The notes under the pieces were generated by a model, which was not told where the DNA came from, made no database searches, and saw only the letters and a program-made list of their open reading frames with translations. Source: Octopus vulgaris (taxonomy: Eukaryota). Taken from it: a stretch of 64,000 nucleotides of DNA. Shown piece after piece: positions 26,037-39,516 of this stretch; the stretch's first letter is position 1, and each line of letters starts with the position of its first letter. Location: contig OX597814.1 in the NCBI GenBank assembly GCA_951406725.2, positions 124,806,001 to 124,870,000 on the forward strand. The letters run 5' to 3'. The translations under genes were made by a program, and so were the position numbers.

Positions 26037-26372
26037 AAGGTGCATGGCTCAGTGGTTAGAGCATTGAGCTTATGATAGTGAGGCTGTGAGTTTGGTTCCT
26101 GGACTTGGCTTTTAGCTGAGTTCTTGAGCGATACACTTGATTTCATGTTGCTCCAGTTCACTCAGCTGTAGAAATGAGTTGTGACACCACTGGTATCAAG
26201 ATGTATCGGCCCCCTTTGCCTTTCCCTTGGATAACATCAGTGGCATGGTGAACGGGAGGCTGGTATGCATGGGTGACTGCTGGTCTTCTATAAAACAACC
26301 CTCCCTGGACTTGTGCCTCAGAGGGTAACTTCCTAGGTGCAAACGCATGGTCATTCATGACCAAAGGAGGTC
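26037..26372 (+). mobile_element. tRNA-derived SINE, third family
   Basis: A-box TGGCTCAGTGG; core GTTCTTGAGC..ACT..TGCTCCAGTTCACTCAGCTG also seen near 18430 and 54880. Confidence 0.75.
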
Positions 26373-26424
26373 ACCTGGTATGGTAAAATAGTGATTAATG
26401 TTTAGAGTTATCATTGTATTGGTG

Positions 26425-26735
26425 GAGGTGCAATGGCCCAGTGATTAGGGCAGCAAACTCATGGTTGTAGGATCGCAGTTTTGATTCCCAGGCTGGCTGT
26501 CGTGAGTGTTTACTGAGCGAAAACACCTAAAGCTCCATGAGGCTCCAGCAGTGGGGTGGTGGTGATCCCTGCTGTACTTTTTCACCACAACTTTCTCTCA
26601 CTCTTTCTTCTGTTGGCCTGCTCGCTTAGCCAGTGGGGTGGCGTCATTGAAGGCTAAAACAATGCGAAGCACATTGTGACCAGTGATGTGTAGCAACATC
26701 TGATAGCCTGATCGGTCATGTGATCACATGATCAT
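26425..26735 (+). mobile_element. tRNA-derived SINE, fourth family
   Basis: A-box TGGCCCAGTG, B-box-like GTTTTGATTCC; head shared with the copy at 4437; GTGATCAC-type repeat tail. Confidence 0.75.
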
Positions 26736-27127
26736 CATATTGGTGTTGAAGCAAAACTTGAGTAAATGGTTTTAAAAACAATAACAAAAGAAACTGTTGA
26801 TAGAGACAATGAATGAGGATGGTGTAAAACTGACAGAATATGTACAATGCAAATGTTCTCTTTTATTTTTTCTCTTATGCTTTTACTTGCTTCAGTCATT
26901 AGACTGTGGCCATGCTGGGGCACTGCCTTGAAGAATTTTAGTCAAATGAATCTACTCCAGGACTTGTTTCTATTTCTTAAGCTTGGTACTTATTATATCG
27001 GTCTGTTGTGCCAAGCTGCTAAGTTACAGAGATGTAAACACACTGGTGGTGAGGAACAAACACAACACAAAGACAGACAGACAGACACACACACACAAAC
27101 ACAAACACACAAACATACGCATGCACG

Positions 27128-27168
<41 letters not shown>

Positions 27169-27883
27169 ATTTCTTTCAGTTTCTTATTTCTTTATAGTCC
27201 ACAAGGGGCTAAACATAGAGGGGACAAACAAGTACAGACAAAGGGATTAAGTTGATAACTCGACCCCAGTGAGTAACTGGTATTTAATTTATCGACCCTG
27301 AAAATATGAAAGGCAAAGTCAACCTTGGCGGAATTTGATCTCAGAATGTAAAGACAGACCAAATACCACTAAGCATTTCACCCGATGTGCTAACGTTTCT
27401 GCCAGCTCGTTGCTTTTCAGTTTCTTTCAGTTTTTGTCTACCAAATCCACTCACAAAGCCTGGTCGGCTTGAGGCTATGATAGAAGGCTCTTGCCCAAAA
27501 GTGCCACACGGTGGAACTGAACTGAAATCCATGGGGTTGGGAAGCATACTTCTTACCATACACTCCCACCTGCACCTGTTATACTGAATCCTTGTGCAGT
27601 TTAATGTAGTATGATGCACATCATTATATCTCCTTTACTAACCACCCTTCATACTTTCAGAATTCAGAGTCTAAAGGTAGTCTCTATGACCTAATGAACT
27701 TATGATGTTTGATATTGTATTTATACAGTGCAGATCAATAACTGCAAGAAAAATCTAGCAGAGAATGATTTGAAGAAAACTGCCCTTCTAGGGAGATGAG
27801 ATTGGAAGAAGGGTTTAGTGCAGTATCTGGGATAAGAAACATAATAGGTGTGGTGATGTATGGTGATAGAAGAAGAGTATACT

Positions 27884-28393
27884 CTTTTCTACACTAGGTA
27901 CAAGGCGCAAAATATTTGGGGAGGGGGCCGGTCAATTAGACTGACTCCAGTATGCAACTAGTACTTAATTGATTGACTCTGAAAGGATGAAAGGCAAAGT
28001 CAACCTTGGCAGACTAATGCTTATATTCTTTTCTACTCTAGGCACAAGGCCCAAAATTTTGTGGGAGGGGCTGGGTCCAGTTAATTAGATCGACACCAGT
28101 ATGCAACTGGTACTTAAATTATCAACCCCGAAAGGATGAAAGGCAAAGTCAACCTTGGCAGAATAATGTTTATATTCTTTTCTACTCTAGGCACATGGCC
28201 CGAGATTTTTGGGGAGGTAACCAATCGATTAGATCGACCCCAGTATGCAACTGGTACTTAATTTATTGACTCTGAAAAGATGAAAGGCAAAGCTAACTTT
28301 GGCGGAATTTGAGCTCAGAACATATAGACAGTCAAAATACTGCTAAGCATTTCACCCGGCATGTTAACGTTTTTGTCAGCTTGCCCCCTCGGA
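27884..28393 (-). mobile_element. Trimeric Nin/Deu-type SINE insertion with 12-bp TSD
   Basis: Three tandem units; GAAGAGTATACT on both sides (27872-27883 and 28395-28406). Confidence 0.8.
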
Positions 28394-29112
28394 GGAAGAG
28401 TATACTTATATATAATATATCGGAGTAGTAGATGCCATTGTAGTGATGATTGAAGAGGAAAAGGGAGTAAACCAGGCATCTGTAAGCCTCTTGTTGTAAA
28501 GGGAGTTGGTCATTGATTTTTGTTCTAGATGTAGTCTGAAATGTTTATGCAGGCAGTAATGGGAGTAGCAGCAGCAGTAGAAGCAGCAGTAAAAATAACA
28601 GCACTGTCCATGATGTGGTCTCAGATGTTTCTGTGTATAAGGCCAGCAACAGCAGCAATGGCAGCAGTGTCCCAGATGAGGTCAAGCATGTCAATGTATG
28701 TAGTAGTGACAACAGCAGCAGCAATGTTCTACATGTGGTCAAGGATGCAGCAGCACCAACCCAGATGGATTGGCCCAAGACTATAGTAGAAGACAATTGC
28801 TCAAGATGCCACGCAGAGGGACTGAACCTGGAACCATGTGGTTTGTAAGCAAGCTACTTACCACACAGCCACTCCTGCGCCTATGTTAGACACTGTAAGC
28901 ACTGATGCTATAATGTGGTCATCGTTTAAGCCCAACTCTACCAAAACTACAAGCTAAACATTAAGCCTTTTCTTCAAGGTCAACATGTACTTCAGCTCAA
29001 AGAAATCAATGACCTTCTACATATCCCTCTACCCATGCATCTGGGACACTGCTGCTGCTGCCTCTACTGCTACTACATGCATAGATATTCTAAACTACAT
29101 ATGGGACGCTGC

Positions 29113-29145
<33 letters not shown>

Positions 29146-29753
29146 AAACATACATGCTGCTGATCCCATCTGGGTTGGTGCTGCTGCATCCTTGACCACA
29201 TGTAGAACATTGCTGCTGCTGTTGTCACTACTACATACATTGACATGCTTGACCTCATCTGGGACACTGCTGCCATTGCTGCTGTTGCTGCTTCTATACA
29301 CAGAAACATCTGAGACCACATCATGGACAGTGCTGTTATTTTTACTGCTGCTTCTACTGCTGCTGCTACTCCCATTACTGCCTGCATAAACATTTCAGAC
29401 TACATCTAGAACAAAGTCTTACAACTGATTCACAAAAATCAATGACCAACTCCCTTTACAACAAGAGGCTTACAGATGCCTGGTTTACTCCCTTTTCCTC
29501 TTCAATCATCACTGCAATGGCATCTACTACTCCGATATATTATATATAAGTATACTCTTCCTCTGAGGGGGCAAGCTGACAAAAACGTTAACATGCCGGG
29601 TGAAATGCTTAGCAGTATTTTGACTGTCTTTTATGTTCTGAGCTCAAATTCCGCCAAAGTTGGCTTTGCCTTTCATCTTTTCAGAGTCGATAAATTAAGT
29701 ACCAGTTGCATACTGGGTTCGATCTAATTGATTGGTTACCTCCCCAAAAATCT
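28203..29753. repeat. Inverted duplication: arms 28203-28768 and about 29166-29753, spacer about 400 bp
   Basis: Arms are near-identical reverse complements (mirror ORFs 28541+ and 29142- in the track); one indel of about 20 bp. Confidence 0.95.
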
Positions 29754-29855
29754 AGCAGCTCACCTGCGATGGACTGGCGTCCCATCCAGGTGGGTAACCT
29801 ATACAGCAAGGGACTGGGAAACTGGCCCTATGCTCCACAAGGGGCAAAAAGGATT

Positions 29856-30005
29856 AAGAAGAAGAAGAAGAAGACGAAGAAGAAGAAGAAGAAGAAGAAG
29901 AAGAAGAAGAAGAAGAAGAAGAAGAAGAAGAAGAAGAAGAAGAAGAAGAAGAAGAAGAAGAAGAAGAAGAAGAAGAAGAAGGAGGAGGATAAGAACAAGA
30001 AGAAG
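29856..30005. repeat. (GAA)n microsatellite
   Basis: Direct reading. Confidence 0.97.
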
Positions 30006-31130
30006 ATATATATTTGCACATGGAAATACTGATGTCATCTTTACCATTTGTTGGTATCTAAGATGCCATTGCTACATCTATGGATATGGTGGGCCCTGGG
30101 CTTCTGTTGTCACTTCTCACACAGATATGTCTCTTGGTGCTGTCAACAGCATTGGTGGAGTCATTAGCATATTGGAAAAAAATACTTGAAAAATTTTTTT
30201 TCCTGGCTCTTTACATTCTGAGTTCAAACCCCATGAAGATCAGCTTTACCTTTCATTCCAACTGAGTTCAAAATAAATTAAGTACCTGTTAATGAATGGA
30301 TTTGATGCAATCAAGCAATCTATTTTGCTGCAAAATTGCTGGCCATGTGCCAAGATTCACCATCATCTTCATCATTATGATGAAGCAGCACCACCATCAC
30401 CATCACCACCAGCACCACCATCACCACCAGCACCACCAATACCACCAGCACCACCACTATCACAACCATCACAACCACCACCACTGCCACCATCATCGTC
30501 ATCATCATCATCATCATCATCATCACTGTCATCATCATTTGATATCTATTTCCTGTGCTTGGTTGGACAAATTAGGAAGCATCACTTTTCTCCAGGTGCA
30601 GGTATCATAGTTTTAAACCACCACCTATTATTATATCTCTCACTACACTATCAACAAGACTGTTATCTAGCAACAAGTATGGCTTTTCAATAGAAATACT
30701 TGGACTTTTATTGCAGTTGAAGTATGTCTGTTGCATATTAATTGAATAAGTTGAGCTCTTATAGTTAAGGCTGACTAAAACTATCCTCAATGTCATCACA
30801 TTTATCATTATGCTCTGCTTCTACCTCTCGTCTTCACCTACCATGACCTCCACCATTAACTCTTACCTAACACCACTGGCGTCTATGGCTATCATTTCAT
30901 TGCAAATAGCCTTTTCATGACAAATGCAACCACTATAACTATTCCCGTTTCTGCAGTGACCATCACCACCAGCTTCAGATGAACCACCACCACCATCACC
31001 ACCACCACCACCACTGCAACTGCAATGTATTTTAGCATAAAACTCTGAAATAATCAAGGAAGCATAAGTTCATTTTGGACGTTGGTCTCACTCATAATTA
31101 TTTGCATATGTACAGTACAGTATAAAAGTG

Positions 31131-31280
31131 GTAATTGATGCTTAAGGAGGGTCAACCAGATATTAAAACTAATGCATATTGTGAAATATACCATAATCTA
31201 CCATATGCACGAGTTTCATTAACATTGAGATAGCAGAGTCCCAAAACATTGGGGTGGCCTAATACTTTTGGCCAAGCCTT
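31131..31280 (+). mobile_element. Isolated 3' end of the Tc1 element (last codons plus right TIR)
   Basis: Direct repeat of 32333-32483: VIDA*GGSTRY*, then GGGGTGGCCTAATACTTTTGGCCAAG and TA. Confidence 0.85.
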
Positions 31281-31614
31281 TATATGTATAAATATAAAAA
31301 TGAAACAAAAACGCAATAGAGTGCAATAAAACATTCAGACAGATAGATGATACAAAGCGAACAAGAGAAATACCAATTAGAAGGACAGGCAAAAAAAGAT
31401 GGGTCATTCGTGGCCCTCTTTCTTCAGTCAAGTCCCAGAAGTCACGACCGTTTCGGGCAGTTACACTTGAGACGGTTTGATCTGGTTGCCCCCCCAAAAA
31501 GTCTAAGCTATGAACATTAGACCACTTTTTAAGAAAGCTGGTGAATGTGTATGGCAACAAAGACAAAAAACAGAGAACATGGTACACAATTATGAATACA
31601 AACAAGAAAATAAC

Positions 31615-32483
31615 AACAGGTGTTTTTCAACATCTCGAATTGGACCAGTAAGCAATGGTCAAAAGTCATATGGTCTGATGAAATTAACTATGAGGTAAGA
31701 CAGCACATGTATTCAATCAACATATAAACTTAATGTAACTGGCTTGTTGCCCAAAATATATAAAAAAGTATCCAACATAAAGCTAATTCTATTTTTCATG
31801 TTTTTACTCAGGTTTTCGGTACATCTAGTGCAACTTTCATGCATTGCAGAGTTGGGGAAGCATTTAAGGCTGAATGCTTGGTACCAACCATAAAACATGG
31901 AGGTGGTTCAATCATGGTGTGGGCCTGCATGTTTGCCACTGGACCTGGAAAAATGTTTTCATGTCAGGGAAGGATAAATTCAGCTACCTATGTTTCTATG
32001 TTATCAGATGTTTTAGAGCCATCAATTACCAAATTGCATCCAGGAGTGTTGAAAAACGGTGTTATCTTTCAACAGGATAACGCTACATGTCATACAGCAA
32101 AGAATACTCATCAATGGTTTGAGATACAAGGTATTGTTCCCATGGACTGGCCAGCTCAAAGTCCCAATCTAAATCTGATCAAACAGTTATGAGAAACATT
32201 GGGTGAAGTTATCAGGAACACAACAATTAAAAATAAAGAGCATTTGTACCAAAAGTCGAGAGAAGAATGGAGTAAAATTGCTCCTAGCACCTGCAATAAA
32301 CTAGTTGATTCAATGCCTAACCATATAAAACCGGTAATTGATGCTAAAGGAAGGTCAGCCAGATATTAAGACTAATGTATATTGGGAAATATACCATAAT
32401 CTACCATGTGCACAAATTTCATTAACATTGAGATAGCAGAGCCCCAAAACATTGGGGTGGCCCAATACTTTTGGCCAAGGCTG
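31615..32483 (+). mobile_element. 5'-truncated Tc1 (DD34E) transposon; transposase pseudogene with an intron at 31695-31811
   Basis: NWTSKQWSKVIWSDE..YE|VFG..PTIKHGGGSIMVWAC..FQQDNATCH..WPAQSPNLNLIK (34 residues between D and the E position, now K)..LVDSMP..VIDAKG..RY*; right TIR ending CTG|TA. Confidence 0.92.
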
Positions 32484-32958
32484 TATATATATATATATAT
32501 AGTTTTCCTCTACCAAATCCACTCACAAAGCTTAGGGAATATAGAAGACAAGTATCTTCTACTATATCCCTGAGCTAACCTAAACCAATTGGTTTGGAAG
32601 TAAAGTTCTTACTACACAACCAACAGATTCTTTCAGTTTTTGTCAATTACATCCACTCACAACGTTTTTGTTGACCTGAGGCTGTAGCAGAAGTTACTTG
32701 CAGTGGTGGTTGAACCTGAAACTATGTGGTTGCGAAGTAGACTTCTTAACCATTCAGCTTTTACCATTACAAGCATTTCCTTTTGCCCAAGAGTTATGGT
32801 TTCTTAATCCCCAATCTCCAAATTCTTCTCACTCGTTTTACAAACATTAAATGGGTGTTGTGTGCCGTCCTTCTATCATGACAAAGCCAAAAAATAAACA
32901 AATATATAAATAAACAAATAAATAAATGAATAAATGCAAATAAAAAAAACAAACGTAC

Positions 32959-33058
32959 CTCCAACCGTTGAAACTTTCTCAATGAACAACTGGCATTTTC
33001 CCAACAGTTACGTTCGTAAGATTTTATTTCTTCTCTCAATCGTACACCAATCTCTAAT
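32959..33058 (-). CDS. Candidate internal exon (100 bp, phase 2 to 0) of the unidentified host gene
   Basis: Acceptor CTTTCTTTAACATTCAAAAG, donor GAG|GTACGT; open frame LEIGVRLREEIKSYERNCWENASCSLRKFQRLE; phase-compatible with exon 17037-17136. Confidence 0.62.
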
Positions 33059-33142
33059 CTTTTGAATGTTAAAGAAAGACATTTATGTAGATGTGTGAAC
33101 ATATATATATAGCAAAGAATTTCATGTGCATATGATGATGAT

Positions 33143-33253
33143 GTGTATGTATATATATATATACAAATGTATACATAACACATATTTATATATGTAAATA
33201 TATGTGTGTGTATATATATATATACACACATATATACATATATATATGTGTTT

Positions 33254-33290
<37 letters not shown>

Positions 33291-33319
33291 CATATGTATA
33301 TATGTGTGTGTATAAATAT

Positions 33320-33350
<31 letters not shown>

Positions 33351-33424
33351 TATATATATATATATCTGTATGTATATATATATATATATGTATGTATGTA
33401 TATATATGTATATATATATATGTA

Positions 33425-33470
<46 letters not shown>

Positions 33471-33550
33471 AACACACACACACACACAAACAAACACACA
33501 CACACATATACACACATATACACACACATATACACACACATACATATATA
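33143..33550. repeat. (TA)n/(TG)n/(CA)n compound microsatellite
   Basis: Direct reading; source of several spurious Y/I-rich ORFs. Confidence 0.95.
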
Positions 33551-34111
33551 TTCATCACTATTCATGTGTTTATTCTTATGTCACTTGGCTGAATTCATTT
33601 TAGCAGAAACTCAAAAAAAAAAAAAAAAACCACCAAGCAAATAGGAAGTAAGGAGAGAGACAAACATAAACAAGTAAATAAAAGTAAAAAAGTAAATAAA
33701 AAGTAAATACAAGTAAATAATGTTTTGTGTGAAACGAGACAATGATTAACTGGTTGTTACTGTTGTCTTGGTAGTGGAACAAATAAGAGAAAACAGAGAA
33801 ACAATAAGTCTATGAGATGAGGTAATTAAACTAAAGAAAATAAAGTAAGTTTTCCTAGTGTTTAGCCCTGTCTGTTAATGGTCAGAGTAACAAAGTAATG
33901 GTTAGACTTTAACAATTAACTCCCCATTTATATTGTTATGTGTGAACTTTAGGAATTAGAAGACGTAATTGGTTAAATTTGCTTCTTCCTTTCGGAATCT
34001 TATCAATAAAAGGTTCAGATGATATCTTCTGAGAAAAGTCTAAGTGCAATTCCAAATATAGTCCATTGGGTGAAAGAAAAAAAATCGTGTTTTTTTCCTA
34101 TATCATATATA

Positions 34112-34147
<36 letters not shown>

Positions 34148-34203
34148 TGTATGTATGTATATGTATATATGTTTGTATATATATATATATATATGTATGT
34201 AAA

Positions 34204-34244
<41 letters not shown>

Positions 34245-35079
34245 GTATGTATATATATATATATACACACTGGAGCCTGGTGTAGCCTTCTGGCTTCCCA
34301 GATCCTGGTCGAACCGTCCAACTCATGCTAGCATGGAAAACGGACTTTAATTGATGATGATGATGATGATGATGATATATATACGTATATATATATATCA
34401 TCATCATCAGCATCATCATCATCATCGTTTAACGTCCGTTTTCCGCGCTAGCGCGGGTTGGACGGTTTCGACCGGGGTCTGGGGAGCTAGGGACTGCCCC
34501 AGGCTCCAGTCTAGTCTGGCAGTGTTTCTACAGCTGGATGCCCTTCCTAACGCCAACCACTCCGCGAGTGTAGTGGGTGTTTTTTATGTGCCACCTGCAC
34601 AGGTGCCAGAAGGGTCTGGCATCGGCCATGTTCGGATGGTGCTTTTTTTTTTTTTTTTTATGTGGGGTGGGGGGCAGAAATATAGGGGAGCACCAGTGGG
34701 GAGGGGTGGTTCAGAGAAATGATGACAGGTTCTTAGGCAAGTAGAACGTAGGATATCAAGAGGGTAATGCATGGTGAAATAGCGTATTGAGGAGGGGGGT
34801 TCGAAGAGTAGACACCTATAATGGTGGTGGGAGAAACAACATCCGGTATAGATGGAGCAAAAATATAGAGATATCCGGTATTGGTGGTGGGGTGGGCAGG
34901 GTGGGTGCACCGCGAATACGCGAAGGTTGAAAAAAAGATGATAGAGCGAGACTTGGTCGGGCAGAGTTAATAGAGGAGAAATTAGATACAATAGTTAGAT
35001 AGATAAATAACAACAGATAGGAAAACATGTATGATTGGTCGAGAAGTGAAGTGAAAATAAATAAAAATATATATATATA

Positions 35080-35147
<68 letters not shown>

Positions 35148-36194
35148 CATATATATATATATGTGTGTGTTTGTATATATGTATGTATATCGGTATATAT
35201 ACATATGTATATTTTGGCTATTTTACAATAGTCTTATTTTTAGTTTGCTTTTACTCAAAGTTCTGTGTGACCAAAGTTCCATGTGACTTCCTAGCCATGT
35301 TGTTTTATGTTCAATCCCATTGCACAGCAACTTAAACAAGTACCTTCAGTTATGACCCTGGGGCTGACCAAAGTCTTGTGAATTGCTAGTGACATGTAAA
35401 ATCCACCCATGCCAGTGACACATACAAGGAACCAACAGCACCCTTGGAGAAGCTGACATTATGAATGGCATCCAACTATAGAAACCAAGCCACAATAAGA
35501 CTGGAACCTGGTACAGCTCTCTGGTTTATCAGTACCAGTCAAACTGTCCAACCTTTGCCTACAAGGAAAACAGATGCTAGATGCTAATGGTGGTGCTGAA
35601 AGAAGCCTGTCATATATTTGTATATACATTTCTACTCTAGGCACAATGCCCGAAATTTTGGGGGAGGGGGCCAGTCGATTAGATCGACCCCAGTACACAA
35701 CTGGTACTTAATTTATCGACAGCGAAAGGATGAGAAGCAAAGTCGACCGCGCTGGAATTTGAACTCAGAACGTAAAGACAGACAAAATACCGCTAAGCAT
35801 TTCGCCCGGCATGTTAATGTTTCTGCCAGTGCACTGCCTTCCTGTCAAATATTTGTATATAAATACATACATACTGTCACACCTGTCACACAATGTCTTG
35901 ACATGTGTGATAGATGTAAATAAGTGTTTTCATTAGACAAACATTTCCAATCTACCTAGAAAAACATGTTTTGGCCATGGAAAAATATTACCTTGCTTGG
36001 AAACAAATAAGGGTTGGCAACTAGAAGGGCATCCAACTGTAGAAAATCTGAATCTGAATTTTGTCAGACCCTTACTAGCATGAGAAAGTGGACATTAAAA
36101 TGATGACGACAACGACGATGATGATGATGATGATGAGGAGGAGGAGGAGAAGGAGGAGGGGGAGTGTAGCCTCTACGTCCTTTTATTCAAAGTT

Positions 36195-36920
36195 GCCATA
36201 ATTATGCCTGTCAGATTTTGGGTGGCGTATTCAGAATTCCATCATTATTTTCTTGTTTTCCTGTCTAGCCTTGCTAATTCATTTAGAGTCTTATTGGAGA
36301 ACAATATAACTCTAACTTATTCTGGCACTATTAATGCCTATTTCTTTGTTTTTGCATTTAGCTCTGTTTTAAGTATTTATCTAATGTCCTTATGATATTC
36401 TTTCTTAAACATTTTCTTTCATTTGTGTGTGTTACACTCTGTCTAGTTCATTAAGTCATAACTATTTGTAAGCTTGTATTTGGGTTAATTCTCTTATCTC
36501 TATTTTATCTAACATAACATTAGTGTTTTTAATTAATTTTCTTTTCTTTGAGGTTGCCTTGGGACATAATTTTTAATCTGAATTTCATATTAATTCCACT
36601 GGCAAATCTATGTACCGTCTGTAACAGTGCTGTTAATTGTTTATCAGCAGCAACATACAACCTGCGGATATCCATAGATACAAGATAATTGATTCTCCTT
36701 CCATTCCATAGTATTTGCATCTGAGTCCAGTCTGGTTCCACATATTGACTAAAGGTTTTAACACTGAGCAGAAAAGGAACGGAGAGAAGGAGTAATGTTG
36801 GAATATTCCTCTTCTAATAGAGATGGGACTTGTTTTTCTAATTTCCTCTTTAGAATGCATCAACAGAATTAATTGCCATTTATCAATGAAATGTTTGATG
36901 TACCAGCTTAAGGTGCTACA
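36195..36920 (-). mobile_element. Degenerate R4/Dong-clade reverse transcriptase fragment
   Basis: ISIRRGIFQ.YSFSPFLFC..L.PL; RINYL..MD..RLY...DKQL..LLQTVHRF...I.MKF; LKTELNAK; LARLDRKTRK; HPKSD remnants. May extend further toward 37380. Confidence 0.8.
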
Positions 36921-38962
36921 TTATTTATGGCTAATGTTTACAGAATTCACATCTAGAGAACATTGACAACAGCTTTCTGGTAGTCAATTCTTTTTATTAT
37001 TTTTTCGTTTTCCTTCTCCTACTGTTTTTGATTTGTTGATCAGAAATTGATCTTTACAACCATGAGTCTTTGCAGTGTCCATTTTGTTCTTTTGGAAGTA
37101 CATGTTTTTCTACTTAATCTTTCAGTCAGAAGATAAGGCAGTACCTGTGGAATAGTTAATCGTGGAATAGCAAGGGGAATGGCTATTGACCCCAAACAAA
37201 CACATCTTTCAGATTGGTGCCTCTCTGACAATATTTTTTAAAACTCTTTAGTTCACTTGTGCGATAAAAGTTGAATCTCTGATTTTTTTGTTAATCGCAA
37301 GGCCTTGGAAGAACTTTCTAGAGTCATTACTTTATTTGACCAACTTCCCATATTTTTGAACTTCCTGCACAATTTCCTGTGATGTGTGTATGACCATTGA
37401 AATCTGAAGAACCTAAACAAACCCTGACATCATAACTCTTTGACACTGGACGATCCCATGGAGTTTCATCTTTTTCACAACACACCTATATCAGTTGTTC
37501 TAAGTTTCATAAATAATCACATCGTACAGAAAAACGAAATTATTGACTAATGAAATATTTCATGGAATATAAGAGAAACGAGATAAAAATTGTTTGGTAT
37601 GTGTCACAGTGCCGTTTTTATGTGCTCGCTCCCACTAAGTTTAGAGCCCGACTACACAACTGGGGAGCACCCACAGTACTTTTACAGAGACTCTGATACT
37701 GGTGATAGGAGGGAAGGAGAGGGAAGCAAGAAAGTATCCCCAAACTGGAGACCTGGAGTGAATGTTTGAAATGGAGTAGACTCTGCTAGTGGCACCAAAA
37801 GTGCCAAATGGCAGGCAAAAACCGAAGTGATAGATTAAGTTTACCATCCATTTCAGAACTACGGCAGGATTTGAACTCATAGCACAAAGAACCAAAACAA
37901 ATATCTCAAAGGCTGATACTCTTACACTTCTGTCAATCCATCTTCCTGGATAATAGTTTTGTACAGATTAATTCTCCCTTGTATTGTTGTGGTTAGGATT
38001 TAATAAGAATTATGTTGGCAGGTTCATGGGTCTGTAGTGTTTTTATCTTGCTATTTCTTTTAGCCTTGCAAGTTTAACATGATTTTCCACCCTCTGAGCC
38101 ATTCAGCTGTTGTTTTTGGATCTCTCAATCAGTTGCTAAATATACACGCCAGCACTTTATGTGTATGTACTTAATGTTTCAACCAAAAGTAGGGTAGTAA
38201 GCTGGCAGAATCATTAGCATGATGGGCAGAATGCTTAGGAGCATTTCGTCTGCCACTACGTTCTGAGTTCAAATTCCACCGAGGTCAACTTTGCTTTTCA
38301 TCCTTTCGGGGTCAGTAAGATAAGTACCAGCTGAACACTGGGGTTTGTATAATCAACTTACACCCTCCCTCAAAGTTGCTGGCCTTGTGCCAAGATTTGG
38401 AAAGGTGGCAAGCTGGTGAAATCATTAGCACACCAGACAAAATGCTTAGCAGTATTCCATTTGTCCTTATGTTCTGAGTTCAAATTCCTCTGAGGTTGGC
38501 TTTGCTTTCATCCTTTTGGGGACGATAAAATAAGTACCATTTGAGCCATGGGGTCGATGTAATCAACTAATCCCCTTTGCTGAAATTGCTGGCCTTGTGC
38601 CAAAATTTGAAATCGATACTTCAACCAAAAGTTTGGAACTTTAATACTTCCTGGTTATTATCTTTATTATTGGGGGTAGTTCTAAAGTTGGTGCTTCAGA
38701 ATAGAAATCTTACCCCTCGTGGGGATAGAAAAAGGTTGCTTTTCTTTTCTTTTATCTTTTAGTATTCTCGCATTTCATATATTGGTAATTACAATTCTTT
38801 ATATAACTTTCCATATAATACATAATATCTCTTACACTCATCATTCATTTTGGTAAATATGATATTTTTTTAGATTCCACATTAACTTTTATTTCGTTGA
38901 TTCCTCATTGAAAGTTTCATATTTTTGGTATCTCTTCTAGCCCATGTGACTAGTAAATGAAA

Positions 38963-39016
<54 letters not shown>

Positions 39017-39516
39017 CATCATCATCATCATCATCATCATCATTATCATTGTTGTCATCATTGCTGACATCATTTTTGTTGTTGTTGTTGGTGGTGGTGC
39101 TATTGATGCTGTTATTGTGAATTTTAGAAATTTCCATTTAGGTTTATAAAACTAGTTTTTAATGATTTATATATAATATAGAGATTTGGAGATTTGCACA
39201 GTGCTGGAGATATTGTTATTACATCTAGAGACCCATTGTTGTGTTAACCTATCAGCTGTGAAGTAGTCGTAGAACTATTGTCAACCAAGGTAGACTAAAG
39301 CAAACATAATTATGTACCTTGCACAGGAGTACAATACAACCGTCATCATACATTTTAAATAAACAGTCATCTATTGGGTGTTCGGAATATAAACATTTGA
39401 CATTTTAAAGTAATGAATTCTTTCATTAGTTTAACTTAACCAAGGCATGGTATGACTGAATGGTTAAGAATTTAGCTTTGCAGCCATAGAGTTCTGGGTT
39501 TAATTCCTCTGTGTGA

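Noticed and set aside
25388-26500. tRNA-like A/B boxes as true tRNA genes
   Set aside because: They are SINE heads without a complete cloverleaf and continue into SINE bodies.
28541-29393. Pair of near-identical 81-83 aa ORFs on opposite strands suggesting a duplicated gene
   Set aside because: By-product of the inverted duplication over CAG-rich low-complexity DNA; no recognisable domain.
31131-32483. Direct repeats resembling LTRs of a TRIM or LTR element
   Set aside because: The repeats are the Tc1 transposase end plus TIR; no TG..CA ends, PBS or PPT.
32794-33558. 254-aa minus-strand ORF
   Set aside because: Mostly (TA)/(TG) repeat; only the 100-bp splice-bounded part is kept as a candidate exon.
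38713-38950. Possible minus-strand exon(s) with a GG|GTAAGA donor
   Set aside because: No acceptor gives a stop-free frame into that donor; the alternative donor is weak.
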